The notes under the pieces are model-generated. The model worked only from the letters and a program-made list of their open reading frames with translations. It was not told the DNA's origin and did not search any database. Source: Bacillota bacterium (GTDB lineage Bacteria > Bacillota > TC1). From it: DNA of 64,000 nucleotides. Shown here one piece after another: positions 10,359 through 21,836 of the stretch (its first letter is position 1; each line of letters starts with the position of its first letter). The position numbers and the translations under genes are program-made. The stretch is taken from NCBI GenBank assembly GCA_028683955.1, contig JAQUGR010000008.1, forward strand, positions 5,371 through 69,370. Reading direction: 5' to 3'.

Positions 10359-11153
10359 TTATTTCATAATTTCAAAATCTGATTTAGGGGCTCCACATAA
10401 AGGACATGTGTAACTGTCTGGCAAGTCTTTAAACTCTATTCCTTCAACTGCAGGATCATGTACATATCCACATACTGTGCAAATATATTTTTCTCCACCT
10501 TCCATGTTTTCCACCTCTTTCTCTTCTTTTATAATTTCATTAACTTGAATTTTTTTCCCACTTTTGATTAATCTAAAGTCACTATAACTTAATGGTAAAA
10601 CATCTTTTTTATTAACATTTATAAAAGCGTCTTCAATAGAACAAACCATTAACCAATGTGTTCCAACATCCATTTTATTTTCCACTTTACAAATCATACC
10701 AGATAATGCATCATCTAACAATACTGGCATACTATTAATTTCATTGTATTGTATTTTTTCAAATTTGTTACGATCTCTTCCTGAAGAAAAACCGAAATTT
10801 GAAATCATTTGAAATCCATCTTGGCCGATTATATTAATTACTAATTTATTTGATTCTAGAACTAATTCGGTTGTGTAATTATTTTTATTTAAACATACGG
10901 CTATCTGACTTGGTTCACTAGTTAGTTGGAAAACTGTATTTGCTGCTTGTCCATTTATCTTACCTTTACTTTCAGTAGTTATTACAAACATTCCATATAT
11001 AATTTGACGTATTGAAGTTTTAATTGCATTAGCATCTTTGTTTTTTTCTTCAACTTGTACAAAATTGGTTTTATCAACTCCACAAACTGGACAAATATCT
11101 ATAGGCTCTTGCCCTTCCATTTCATAACCGCATATTTCACATTTCCACTTCAT
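10359..11153 (-). CDS. Rubredoxin-like Zn-ribbon / flavin reductase / rubredoxin fusion (high-molecular-weight rubredoxin type)
   Basis: The N-terminus has WKCEICGY...CPVCGV. A flavin-reductase-like core occupies the middle. The C-terminus has [12 protein letters not shown]...[15 protein letters not shown] chose the second ATG (11153) because AAAGGAAG lies 7 nt upstream of it. Confidence 0.75.
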   Translation of the reverse strand: MKWKCEICGYEMEGQEPIDICPVCGVDKTNFVQVEEKNKDANAIKTSIRQIIYGMFVITTESKGKINGQAANTVFQLTSEPSQIAVCLNKNNYTTELVLESNKLVINIIGQDGFQMISNFGFSSGRDRNKFEKIQYNEINSMPVLLDDALSGMICKVENKMDVGTHWLMVCSIEDAFINVNKKDVLPLSYSDFRLIKSGKKIQVNEIIKEEKEVENMEGGEKYICTVCGYVHDPAVEGIEFKDLPDSYTCPLCGAPKSDFEIMK

Positions 11154-11247
11154 ATGTCTACTTCCTTTCATTTATCATATTATTTGAATTATACCATTTT
11201 TTTCAATAATAATAAATGCTACAATTATTAATAAAGGAGTTGAAATA

Positions 11248-11616
11248 ATGGATAATTTAAAAAAAGGTTTAGAGATAACTGAAAAAATATGGGGTTTTAA
11301 AAGAGATGATTTAATAACAGAAAATGGTGAATTAGGTGAAAATATATTAAAATATGCTTTCGGTGATATTTATTCTCGAAAAGGTCTTTCCCTTAGAGAT
11401 CGAGAAATAGTTACTATTTCATTTCTAATTGCACAAGGATGTCCTGAATCCCAACTTAGAAACCACTTTTTAGGTGCTTTAAATGTCGGTTTAACCGAGG
11501 ATGAAATAATGGAGATAATCTTACAAGCTCCAATATATAATGGCTATCCTAAAGCAATTATGGCACTTAAAATCCTAAAGTCGATTTCAAAAGATATAAA
11601 AGCGCAAGATGAATAG
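11248..11616 (+). CDS. Carboxymuconolactone decarboxylase (CMD/AhpD-like) family protein
   Basis: The 122-aa product has the CMD-like segment LSLRDREIVTISFLIAQG....L..H. The SD AAAGGAG lies upstream. Confidence 0.65.
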   Translation: MDNLKKGLEITEKIWGFKRDDLITENGELGENILKYAFGDIYSRKGLSLRDREIVTISFLIAQGCPESQLRNHFLGALNVGLTEDEIMEIILQAPIYNGYPKAIMALKILKSISKDIKAQDE

Positions 11617-12280
11617 GATAAAAGAAATAAAAGAAATACTTGTTTCCATTACCTCTTTTCCCATTATATAGGAAAATTAATGGCAAGGTTAAAAGAGATA
11701 TTATTTGCAAAAGATTTGGTATCAATTGAACCTCATTATATTGCATTATAAAATTCAAAGCATTAATTAAGATTAGACTCAAAACAAGTTTTAGCCTACT
11801 ATCTTTTAATAAATAAAACAAAATAATCATAGCTATTCCATACCAACCATAATCAACATTTAATAATTCGCCTCCACTACATATTAACAAAGAAGTTGTT
11901 AGATAAACAAAAGGATTATCTTTATATTTTTTAATTATTATAATTGCTAATAAACCTATCGCTAAAGTAATAAAAATATTTTTATCTAAAATAATGAAAT
12001 CTGTTAGAAATACAAGTATAGAACTTTTATCTACTATAGCCAATGAATATATTAATTGAATTAACAAACCGAATACAAAAATATTTAAAAAATACTTCTT
12101 AATATTTTTTGTGTGTAATGCACCTTCAGTTAAGGCCCAAAAGAAGATTGGTGCAGCCAGTCTTCCTATGCCTCTACCTACAAAATATATAGTTGTACCA
12201 TAATCAAGAAATAATAAAGAAAAATGATCAATAAACATAAATATGGCAGCAATGTATTTTAATTGTGTGTTATTTAACAT
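11567..12280 (-). CDS. TraX family membrane protein
   Basis: This is a polytopic hydrophobic 237-aa protein. The N-terminal LKYIAAIFMFIDH is the characteristic TraX start. Confidence 0.7.
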   Translation of the reverse strand: MLNNTQLKYIAAIFMFIDHFSLLFLDYGTTIYFVGRGIGRLAAPIFFWALTEGALHTKNIKKYFLNIFVFGLLIQLIYSLAIVDKSSILVFLTDFIILDKNIFITLAIGLLAIIIIKKYKDNPFVYLTTSLLICSGGELLNVDYGWYGIAMIILFYLLKDSRLKLVLSLILINALNFIMQYNEVQLIPNLLQIISLLTLPLIFLYNGKRGNGNKYFFYFFYPIHLALLYLLKSTLGF

Positions 12281-13052
12281 GTTCTATTTCCAAATCTTTG
12301 TTTTTAATTTTTTGAAATCCATTCGTTATTTTTTTAAAACAATTAATTTCAGTTGTATTATAAATAATATCATCTATTTTATTTATAGGTAATAAATCAA
12401 TAGATGTACCTGTAATGAATGCGCCTTCATACTCTTTTAACTCATCATAATATATATTAGTTTCAATAATATTTATATTGTTATCTAAAGCAGATGAAAA
12501 AACTTTATTTCTAGTAATCCCTGGTAATACTGCATCAACAGAGGAAGTAAATATCTTATCATTCTTTATAAAAAACACATTTGATCTACTACCTTCCTTA
12601 ATAATCTGAGCATCACTTATTAAGGTCTCAAAGACTCCAGTATTTTTAAGATGTTTTTCTATAATTTTTTTGTAGGTATCATCATAGACTTTTTTATTAG
12701 GGTCGTTTCTTTTTATGTTAAAAGTATTAATTGATATTCCTTTTTCATACCATTCTTTTGGAGGATAGAAGCCTTTTATAATAAAAATAGCTCTTTCATT
12801 TTTTAAAATATTAACACTAATAAAAATATTATCATTTAGAAATCCTTCGTAAGAATTAATTAAATCTAATATTTCATTTCTAATCAATCCAATTTTTATA
12901 TTAGTATTAGTTTTATATAAACGCTCTAGATGCTCTTCTAAAAATAAAGGCTTATCATTTATGACCCTTAATACTTCATAAACATTACCTTTTTTTTTCC
13001 AATTATCTATTAATTCATTATCTCTAATTTCTCCATTTATGATACTTTTCAT
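12270..13052 (-). CDS. Aminotransferase class IV family protein (BCAT / D-aa / ADC-lyase-like)
   Basis: The 260-aa product has the class IV motifs EGSRSNVFFIKNDKIFT and LPGITR. It is a second paralog besides pabC. Confidence 0.7.
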   Translation of the reverse strand: MKSIINGEIRDNELIDNWKKKGNVYEVLRVINDKPLFLEEHLERLYKTNTNIKIGLIRNEILDLINSYEGFLNDNIFISVNILKNERAIFIIKGFYPPKEWYEKGISINTFNIKRNDPNKKVYDDTYKKIIEKHLKNTGVFETLISDAQIIKEGSRSNVFFIKNDKIFTSSVDAVLPGITRNKVFSSALDNNINIIETNIYYDELKEYEGAFITGTSIDLLPINKIDDIIYNTTEINCFKKITNGFQKIKNKDLEIEHVK

Positions 13053-13073
13053 ATTATCTCCTGCTTTATATAA

Positions 13074-14477
13074 TTATTTAGTTATATCAAAACTATTTCC
13101 GTCACTAACTTTTCTCCAAGATTTATCATACAAATTTTTAAAAATTCCACTATTAAACTTTGCCCATCCAAGAATATTATTTTGATAAATTATACCATAA
13201 TATCCATTTTCTCTATTAAATAATAAGGTTTCTCCCTTTAGATACTTATTTGCATTATCGAAATCTACTTCAATAATATTTTTAAAATCACTTTTATTTA
13301 AAGTCATTGCAAAACTTTGACTAGGTATAAAATTATATTTGTTTATTAAACCTAAATGTATTCCAATATTTTCAATCTTATTTTTTTCATTAAATGGGTA
13401 TTTATCATCCATAATATAATATTCTTCATCCTTAACAAAATAAAAATAATTATCATAATTTAAATTTAAATAACTATCTATAAAAATTTTAATTTTTTCA
13501 TTTATTTCTTTAAATGGTTTCCACTTTATCTTTAATGTTTTGCTTTTATATTCATCACCAGAAAGCTTTGTTAATTTAGCTACAAAATGCCCTTCACCAA
13601 TAACTTTGTGAGGCCAAAACCTTACAGTTTTAATTAATTCACTATTATTGCTTTTAGCCCACATTGGTCTACCATCAGATATACCATTTGATTTTTTTGC
13701 AGTGGTTAATTGACAGTCGTAATTATCTAACATATATTCTATTTGTTGTTCATTTTCTTCAGGACTAAATGTACAGGTAGAATATACTAATTGACCTCCA
13801 ATTTTTAATAATTTAAAAGCATAATCTAAAATATCTCTTTGTATAGCATATAATTCCTCTGTAGCATATTTTTCATACTCTTTAATAGAATGCTTGTCTT
13901 TTCTAAACGTGCCTTCACCTGAGCAAGGTGCATCGACTAGAATTTTATCAAAATATGTACCATAAGTTTCAAATAAATTTTTTCCTGTGCTATTAGTTAT
14001 TATTGTATTTTTAATTCCATAAAGTTCTATGTTTTTCTTAAGTGCTTTAACTCTTTTAGGACTTATTTCATTGCTTACTAATAGACCTTGGTTTTTCATT
14101 TTACAAGCAATTTGTACAGATTTGCCTCCTGGCGCAGCACATAAATCCAGAACTTTATCACCCGGAGATGGATCTAAAAATTCCGCAGGAAACATTGCAG
14201 AAGGCTCTTGTATATAAAATAAACCTTGGTGATAGTATGGATGAATTGTCAGCCTTACTTCTGATTCATCTTTATTAAAATAATATCCATCACTTGTCCA
14301 AGGAATTTTGTTTGAAACACTTTTAATTCGTTCATAAAACTCTTCCTCTGTTAATTTGTTTGAATTATATCTAATTCCATCAACAGAATGTCCTTCTAAA
14401 CTTTTTATAAAATTTTCATATTCATCATTATTCATTAATTTATGAAATTTATTTGTAAATATTTTTGGTAAATTCAT
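13074..14477 (-). CDS. NOL1/NOP2/Sun family rRNA m5C methyltransferase (RsmF/YebU-like)
   Basis: SAM-binding motifs DLCAAPGGKS and DAPCSGEGTFRKD and the catalytic Cys context YSTCT are present. There is a C-terminal RsmF-type extension. Confidence 0.85.
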   Translation of the reverse strand: MNLPKIFTNKFHKLMNNDEYENFIKSLEGHSVDGIRYNSNKLTEEEFYERIKSVSNKIPWTSDGYYFNKDESEVRLTIHPYYHQGLFYIQEPSAMFPAEFLDPSPGDKVLDLCAAPGGKSVQIACKMKNQGLLVSNEISPKRVKALKKNIELYGIKNTIITNSTGKNLFETYGTYFDKILVDAPCSGEGTFRKDKHSIKEYEKYATEELYAIQRDILDYAFKLLKIGGQLVYSTCTFSPEENEQQIEYMLDNYDCQLTTAKKSNGISDGRPMWAKSNNSELIKTVRFWPHKVIGEGHFVAKLTKLSGDEYKSKTLKIKWKPFKEINEKIKIFIDSYLNLNYDNYFYFVKDEEYYIMDDKYPFNEKNKIENIGIHLGLINKYNFIPSQSFAMTLNKSDFKNIIEVDFDNANKYLKGETLLFNRENGYYGIIYQNNILGWAKFNSGIFKNLYDKSWRKVSDGNSFDITK

Positions 14478-15292
14478 TTATTTTTTATCGCCTTTATAAA
14501 TTTTTCAACATATATATCAGGGACTTCTACCCCAAGATGATTAGGTAAACTACTATAACTTCCATGATAATCACTTCCACCACTAACCAGTAAGTTATAT
14601 TTGTCGGCATATTCTAGAGCTAATAGAATATCATTTTGATTATGTCTTTTATGATATACTTCTATTCCTTCAAGACCAAGATTTACTAAAATAGGTATAA
14701 TATCCCAATTTTCATAAATAGCAGGGTGTGCTAAAAAAATTTTTGCTTCAATATCTTTTAATAAACTTAGACCTTCTTGATAACTTATATATTTCAATTC
14801 TTGAAATATACCTTGTTCTCTAAAATCATGATAAAGTTGACCATATATACGGTCAGTATATCCTGCTTTTATTAATTTTTCCATAATATGTTGCTTGTAA
14901 ATAGGTAAATTATTATTAATTCTATTTTCGAAATCATCTAATTCTATTTTATAGCCTTCACTAATTAATCTTCTAATTATTTTTGTACTATTTTCTTTTC
15001 TAAGATTAAAATAATACTCTGTATATTCTTTCAATCTTTTATGATTAGGATCAAATTCATAACCTAACAAATGTACTTTTTTATTATTTTGATAATCTTT
15101 AGCAGATATTTCTATTCCCCTATAATTTGTTAATTTTTCAGGCAAGAAAAAAGCATTTAGCTCCCCTCCATAAAAATCATGGTCGGTAATACTAAAATGC
15201 TTGATGTTCTCAACAGTCAATATCTCGACTATTTGTTCAAATGTTGCTGAGCCATCAGAAAAATGACTATGGCAATGTAAATCAATCTTCAT
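14474..15292 (-). CDS. PHP domain phosphoesterase
   Basis: MKIDLHCHSHFSDGS at the N-terminus and GGSDYHG near the C-terminus. Confidence 0.8.
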   Translation of the reverse strand: MKIDLHCHSHFSDGSATFEQIVEILTVENIKHFSITDHDFYGGELNAFFLPEKLTNYRGIEISAKDYQNNKKVHLLGYEFDPNHKRLKEYTEYYFNLRKENSTKIIRRLISEGYKIELDDFENRINNNLPIYKQHIMEKLIKAGYTDRIYGQLYHDFREQGIFQELKYISYQEGLSLLKDIEAKIFLAHPAIYENWDIIPILVNLGLEGIEVYHKRHNQNDILLALEYADKYNLLVSGGSDYHGSYSSLPNHLGVEVPDIYVEKFIKAIKNK

Positions 15293-15698
15293 GAGTTTTA
15301 CCTAAAGACAATCTAATTAAAGCTTTTTTTAGCGCTAATTCAGCTTTAAATCCGGCTTCAATTTCATGAATACCTTGTGATAATAGGCCTTCTGCTAATT
15401 CTTTTGCTCTTTTTGCTCTCATGATATCTATATCTTCTTCATTTTCAGCAGTATGAACATAAATAGATACGTGGTTTTTATATACTTCCACAATACCATG
15501 AGTTCCTAAAGCTACCTTTTTTTCTATACCATCTTTTTTATATCTCAAAACACCAATATTTAAAAGACTAATAAATGAAGTATGGTTTCTTAATATTGTA
15601 GCTGGTCCATTGACCGTAGGCATATTAACCATTTCTACATTATCAGCTTTTAATATTTGTCCGTGATGGGATAAAACTTCAAGTAATAAATCTCCCAT
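15282..15698 (-). CDS. atpC: F1 ATP synthase epsilon subunit
   Basis: The 138-aa product is the last gene of the atp operon, after beta. It has the epsilon-like beta-sandwich plus helical tail pattern. Confidence 0.9.
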   Translation of the reverse strand: MGDLLLEVLSHHGQILKADNVEMVNMPTVNGPATILRNHTSFISLLNIGVLRYKKDGIEKKVALGTHGIVEVYKNHVSIYVHTAENEEDIDIMRAKRAKELAEGLLSQGIHEIEAGFKAELALKKALIRLSLGKTHED

Positions 15699-15699
15699 G

Positions 15700-17974
<2,275 letters not shown>

Positions 17975-17975
17975 T

Positions 17976-19487
17976 TTAGTCCTCTACAATGCTTTCTAAA
18001 TACTTATTAATAGTATTCTTAATTTCACTAAATTCATCTTTAGAAAGTTTTTCGCTATTCCTGATTTTAATTAATAAATCACCATTAACCTCTTTTACTT
18101 TATTAAATATATCTTTTTCTAATTTAGCTATTTTAATTAATGGTACTTCATCATAAACGCCTATATTTGCTGAAAATATTGCAATAACTTGTTCTTCAAC
18201 ACCAATAGGGTCGTAATTCGGCTGTATTAAAATCTCAACTAGTTTTTGACCTCTAATCAGTTTTTTTCTAGTTTCACTATCAAGATCTGAACTAAATTGT
18301 GAGAATGCTTCTAAATCTCTATACTGAGCTAAATCTATCCTAAGAGTAGCAGCAACTTGTTTAAGTGCTGGAAATTGAGCATTACCTCCAACCCTAGAAA
18401 CAGAAACTCCTGGATTAATTGCCGGTCTTATACCTTCATTAAATAAATCTGTTTCCAAGAATATTTGTCCGTCAGTTATTGATATTACATTTGTAGGAAT
18501 ATATGATGATATATCTCCTGCTTGTGTTTCAACTATAGGTAAAGCTGTAATTGAGCCTCCACCTAATTCTTTTGAAACTTTTGCTGCTCTTTCCAATAAT
18601 CTTGAGTGCAAATAGAAAACGTCTCCTGGATAAGCTTCACGACCAGGTGGTCTTTTTAATAGTAGAGATATTTCTCTGTATGCTACAGCATGTTTTGTTA
18701 AGTCATCATAAACTATCAAAACATCTTTTCCTTGATCCATAAAGTATTCAGCGATTGCACAACCTGCGTATGGTGCAATATATAGAAGTGGTGCATTATC
18801 ACTTGCAGTAGCAGCTACAACAACTGTATATTCCATAGAGCCTTTTGCTTCTAATTCTTTTACAATTTGAGCAATAGTTGAGGCTTTTTGACCAATTGGC
18901 ACATAAACGCAAATTACGTCTTTACCTTTTTGGTGAATAATTGTATCAATAGCCAAGGAAGTTTTACCTGTCTGTCTATCGCCTACAATTAACTCTCTTT
19001 GTCCTCTACCAATAGGAACTAAAGCATCGATTGCTTTTATACCAGTTTCTAATGGTGTTCTTACGAAATCTCTATCAATAATGCCTGGTGCTTCTTTTTC
19101 AATAGGATAATAATCAGTAACATTCATTTCACCTTTTCCGTCAATAGGTTCACCTATAGGGTTTATAATTCTCCCTAAAAGTCCATCACCACAAGGAGCC
19201 TTTAGAACTTCATTAGTTCTTTTAACAGAATCTCCTTCTTTGATGTCTTTGAACTCACCTAATATAACTACACCTACATGATGTTCATCAAGGTTTAGAA
19301 CTGTACCTTTTATCCCATTACTGAATAATACAACTTCACCAGCCATAACATTGTCTAAACCATAAACTAAAGCGATACCATCACCAACTTGAATAACGGT
19401 TCCAATTTCGCTTTGTTCTAATTTCGCATCGAAATCTTCAATTTTCCCTTTAATTATTTCACTTATTTCTTCTGGTCTTAAATACAT
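17976..19487 (-). CDS. atpA: F1 ATP synthase alpha subunit
   Basis: Walker A GDRQTGKT, then [42 protein letters not shown]. Confidence 0.98.
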   Translation of the reverse strand: MYLRPEEISEIIKGKIEDFDAKLEQSEIGTVIQVGDGIALVYGLDNVMAGEVVLFSNGIKGTVLNLDEHHVGVVILGEFKDIKEGDSVKRTNEVLKAPCGDGLLGRIINPIGEPIDGKGEMNVTDYYPIEKEAPGIIDRDFVRTPLETGIKAIDALVPIGRGQRELIVGDRQTGKTSLAIDTIIHQKGKDVICVYVPIGQKASTIAQIVKELEAKGSMEYTVVVAATASDNAPLLYIAPYAGCAIAEYFMDQGKDVLIVYDDLTKHAVAYREISLLLKRPPGREAYPGDVFYLHSRLLERAAKVSKELGGGSITALPIVETQAGDISSYIPTNVISITDGQIFLETDLFNEGIRPAINPGVSVSRVGGNAQFPALKQVAATLRIDLAQYRDLEAFSQFSSDLDSETRKKLIRGQKLVEILIQPNYDPIGVEEQVIAIFSANIGVYDEVPLIKIAKLEKDIFNKVKEVNGDLLIKIRNSEKLSKDEFSEIKNTINKYLESIVED

Positions 19488-19490
19488 TTT

Positions 19491-20036
19491 TTATACCTTC
19501 ATCCAATTCTTTAGATTTGCTAATCGCATTTTAAGGTTATCCTCATATACCATGCCATCAATTTCTAAGTAAGAACCATCAATTAATGTTGAATCAACCT
19601 TAACTTCAAGTTCAAGTTTAAATCCTAGTTTATCACCAATTTTTTGTGTTAACAATTTTGCCTCATCAGGGCTAAGAGGTTTTGATAAATACAAAACACC
19701 TTGTTTTATACCCATACTTTTCTTATAAAGATTATTAAATGTTATATAAGACAAATGTGGTATTGTATAATTGAATCTTGAATTTTCTAAATATAGTTTA
19801 AAATAATTTTGAGTATATTCATTAACTTCTAATCCGTTTAATATCTTTAAAAGAAGATCTTTCTTTTCAATAGCAGGAATAGATTTTAATTCAAAGAAAA
19901 GTTTTAAATCTTTAGATTTTTCAAATGAATCATCTAATTTTCCAAGATCATCTTTTATCTTTTCGATTAATTTCTTTTCTTTTGCTACTTCAAAAAGAGT
20001 AGCAGTATATCTCTCGACAACGTTTAAACTACTCAT
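19491..20036 (-). CDS. atpH: F1 ATP synthase delta (OSCP) subunit
   Basis: Assigned by position between atpF and atpA and by its OSCP-like length. I set the start at the internal ATG (20036), which is preceded by GGGAGA. Confidence 0.85.
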   Translation of the reverse strand: MSSLNVVERYTATLFEVAKEKKLIEKIKDDLGKLDDSFEKSKDLKLFFELKSIPAIEKKDLLLKILNGLEVNEYTQNYFKLYLENSRFNYTIPHLSYITFNNLYKKSMGIKQGVLYLSKPLSPDEAKLLTQKIGDKLGFKLELEVKVDSTLIDGSYLEIDGMVYEDNLKMRLANLKNWMKV

Positions 20037-20538
20037 TTTTATCTCCCAGATTATCAACTAATTCATTAATCATAGAACTGTAATCATTATTGTTAATTTC
20101 TTTTTTAACTACAGCTTCAGCTCCTAAAATAACTAGTTCTGAAATATTTTTTTTGATTTCAGTTAAAGCCTTATTTTTTTCATTTTCAATCGAAATCCTT
20201 GCTCTTTCTAATTCTGCTTCTGCTTTATTGCGTGCTTCTAATTCTATTTTTTCTTTTTGCACCTTAGCTTCAGATAGAGCATTATTGAAAATTACATTTT
20301 TTTCCTCTTTGATATTAACTATCAAATCGTTATATTTATTTTCTTTATGCTTAATTTCAACCCAAGCTTCATCTATATCTTTATAGATGTTGGTTACTTC
20401 TAGATTCCTATTATCAATAACAGCCATAACTTTTAGAAAAAGAAATTTTTTCAAAAAGAATATAATTATACTAATATTAATAACTTGAAATATGAAGTCT
20501 GCTAAATTAAAGTTGAGCAAATCAAACATTTCATTCAT
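20029..20538 (-). CDS. atpF: Fo ATP synthase b subunit
   Basis: A single N-terminal TM is followed by a long charged coiled coil (EKIELEARNKAEAELERAR). Confidence 0.9.
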   Translation of the reverse strand: MNEMFDLLNFNLADFIFQVINISIIIFFLKKFLFLKVMAVIDNRNLEVTNIYKDIDEAWVEIKHKENKYNDLIVNIKEEKNVIFNNALSEAKVQKEKIELEARNKAEAELERARISIENEKNKALTEIKKNISELVILGAEAVVKKEINNNDYSSMINELVDNLGDKNE

Positions 20539-20553
20539 TTCAATATCTCCTAA

Positions 20554-20757
20554 CTACATTTTTATCCAAAGTAACAAGCCAAGGATAAAAGCAAAAATAA
20601 TACCAGTTTCAACAAGTGCTGCACCAATAATCATCAATGTTCTTAAGGTACCTGCTGATTCAGGTTGTCTTGCAACTCCCTCTATTGTTGCTTTCACTAC
20701 CAAAGCCTCCCCAAAAGATGCGGAAGCTATCGCTATCCCAATTGCTAAAAATTCCAT
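20554..20757 (-). CDS. atpE: Fo ATP synthase c subunit (67 aa)
   Basis: A hairpin proteolipid with the ARQPE loop and the ion-binding Glu in ALVETGIIFAF. Confidence 0.95.
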   Translation of the reverse strand: MEFLAIGIAIASASFGEALVVKATIEGVARQPESAGTLRTLMIIGAALVETGIIFAFILGLLLWIKM

Positions 20758-20778
20758 AATAATTCCTCCTTAATAAAT

Positions 20779-21486
20779 TTATTCTAAACCTTCGCTAATA
20801 AACATTGTTAAAAGCAAAGTAAAAACATACGCTTGAATTCCTCCAGTTAAAATACTTAATACACTAAATACTATAGGAGCTAATAACGGTATAGACATCA
20901 TGATGATAGAATCTAAAATCTTCCCGGCGAACATATTACCAAATAAACGCATTGAAATAGATAGTGGTCTTGCAAAAATATTTATTACATTTCCTATTAT
21001 CATAAATGCGTTTGGTTCAATATAACTTTTAAGATATTTAAAAAAATTTTTTTCTCTTATAATTACATATTGAGTATATAAAAATCCTATGATACCTAAA
21101 GCTAAAGTTGTACTGACACTTGCTGTTGGTGTTGTAAATGTCGGAATAACCCACATGAAATTCATCAATAATATGGTTATGAAAATACTGCCTAAAACAC
21201 CATAAAACTTTTTAGCACTTTCGCCAAGAACCTCATAAACAAAATTATAGAAAAATAAGGTTATTTTTTCAGCCACAGCTTGTCTTCTAGTTTTTGATAT
21301 TTTTTCAAGTTTGCTAGTTATTATCATAACAAATATAAATAACAACAACATCATAAACCAAGTTGTTACAATTGTAGATGATATTCTGAAATTTCCATTT
21401 TGATAAAATACTGTTGGTTTAGTAGTATCTAACAGATTAGGAAGTTTCTCTATAATACCTTTCAAGTAATTGACAATTATGTTCAT
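20779..21486 (-). CDS. atpB: Fo ATP synthase a subunit
   Basis: The 235-aa polytopic protein has the conserved Arg context SISMRLFGNMFAG. Confidence 0.95.
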   Translation of the reverse strand: MNIIVNYLKGIIEKLPNLLDTTKPTVFYQNGNFRISSTIVTTWFMMLLLFIFVMIITSKLEKISKTRRQAVAEKITLFFYNFVYEVLGESAKKFYGVLGSIFITILLMNFMWVIPTFTTPTASVSTTLALGIIGFLYTQYVIIREKNFFKYLKSYIEPNAFMIIGNVINIFARPLSISMRLFGNMFAGKILDSIIMMSIPLLAPIVFSVLSILTGGIQAYVFTLLLTMFISEGLE

Positions 21487-21743
21487 TATTTACCTTCTTT
21501 ATCTTCTTTATCATTTTTAAAAAAAAAACTTATATCCTGAAAAAGGGAGATTATACCCAATAATCCCCCTATTAAAACACCTATCCCAGCACCTAATACT
21601 CCCCAAATATTTCCAATGAAATAACCAATTAATACAAAGGCTATTATCATGAAAACACTTGAACTCGCAAATGCAAATGCTTTGACTATTGATATTTTAT
21701 TATTTTCTTTATTATTTCCTTTATTATTATCATTATTATTCAT
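21486..21743 (-). CDS. AtpZ/AtpI-type small membrane protein; first gene of the atp operon
   Basis: The 85-aa product has two TM helices after an Asn-rich N-terminus. Its stop overlaps the atpB start. Confidence 0.7.
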   Translation of the reverse strand: MNNNDNNKGNNKENNKISIVKAFAFASSSVFMIIAFVLIGYFIGNIWGVLGAGIGVLIGGLLGIISLFQDISFFFKNDKEDKEGK

Positions 21744-21763
21744 TTATTTTTCCTTACTTAAAC

Positions 21764-21792
21764 ATTATATATTTTTAGACATATCTTTTCAA
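21764..21792 (-). promoter_or_regulatory. Sigma-A type promoter of the atp operon
   Basis: The minus strand reads TTGAAA, a 17-nt spacer, then TATAAT, about 20 nt upstream of the atpZ ATG. Confidence 0.55.
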
Positions 21793-21817
21793 CATTAATT
21801 GATTAATATGTTAAAAT
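21788..21817 (+). promoter_or_regulatory. Candidate promoter of rqcH, sharing its -35 with the divergent atp promoter
   Basis: The plus strand reads TTCAAC, a 17-18 nt spacer, then (TG)TTAAAAT, about 20 nt upstream of the ATG at 21837. Confidence 0.35.
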
Positions 21818-21836
21818 ATATACTAGAGGTGAAATT

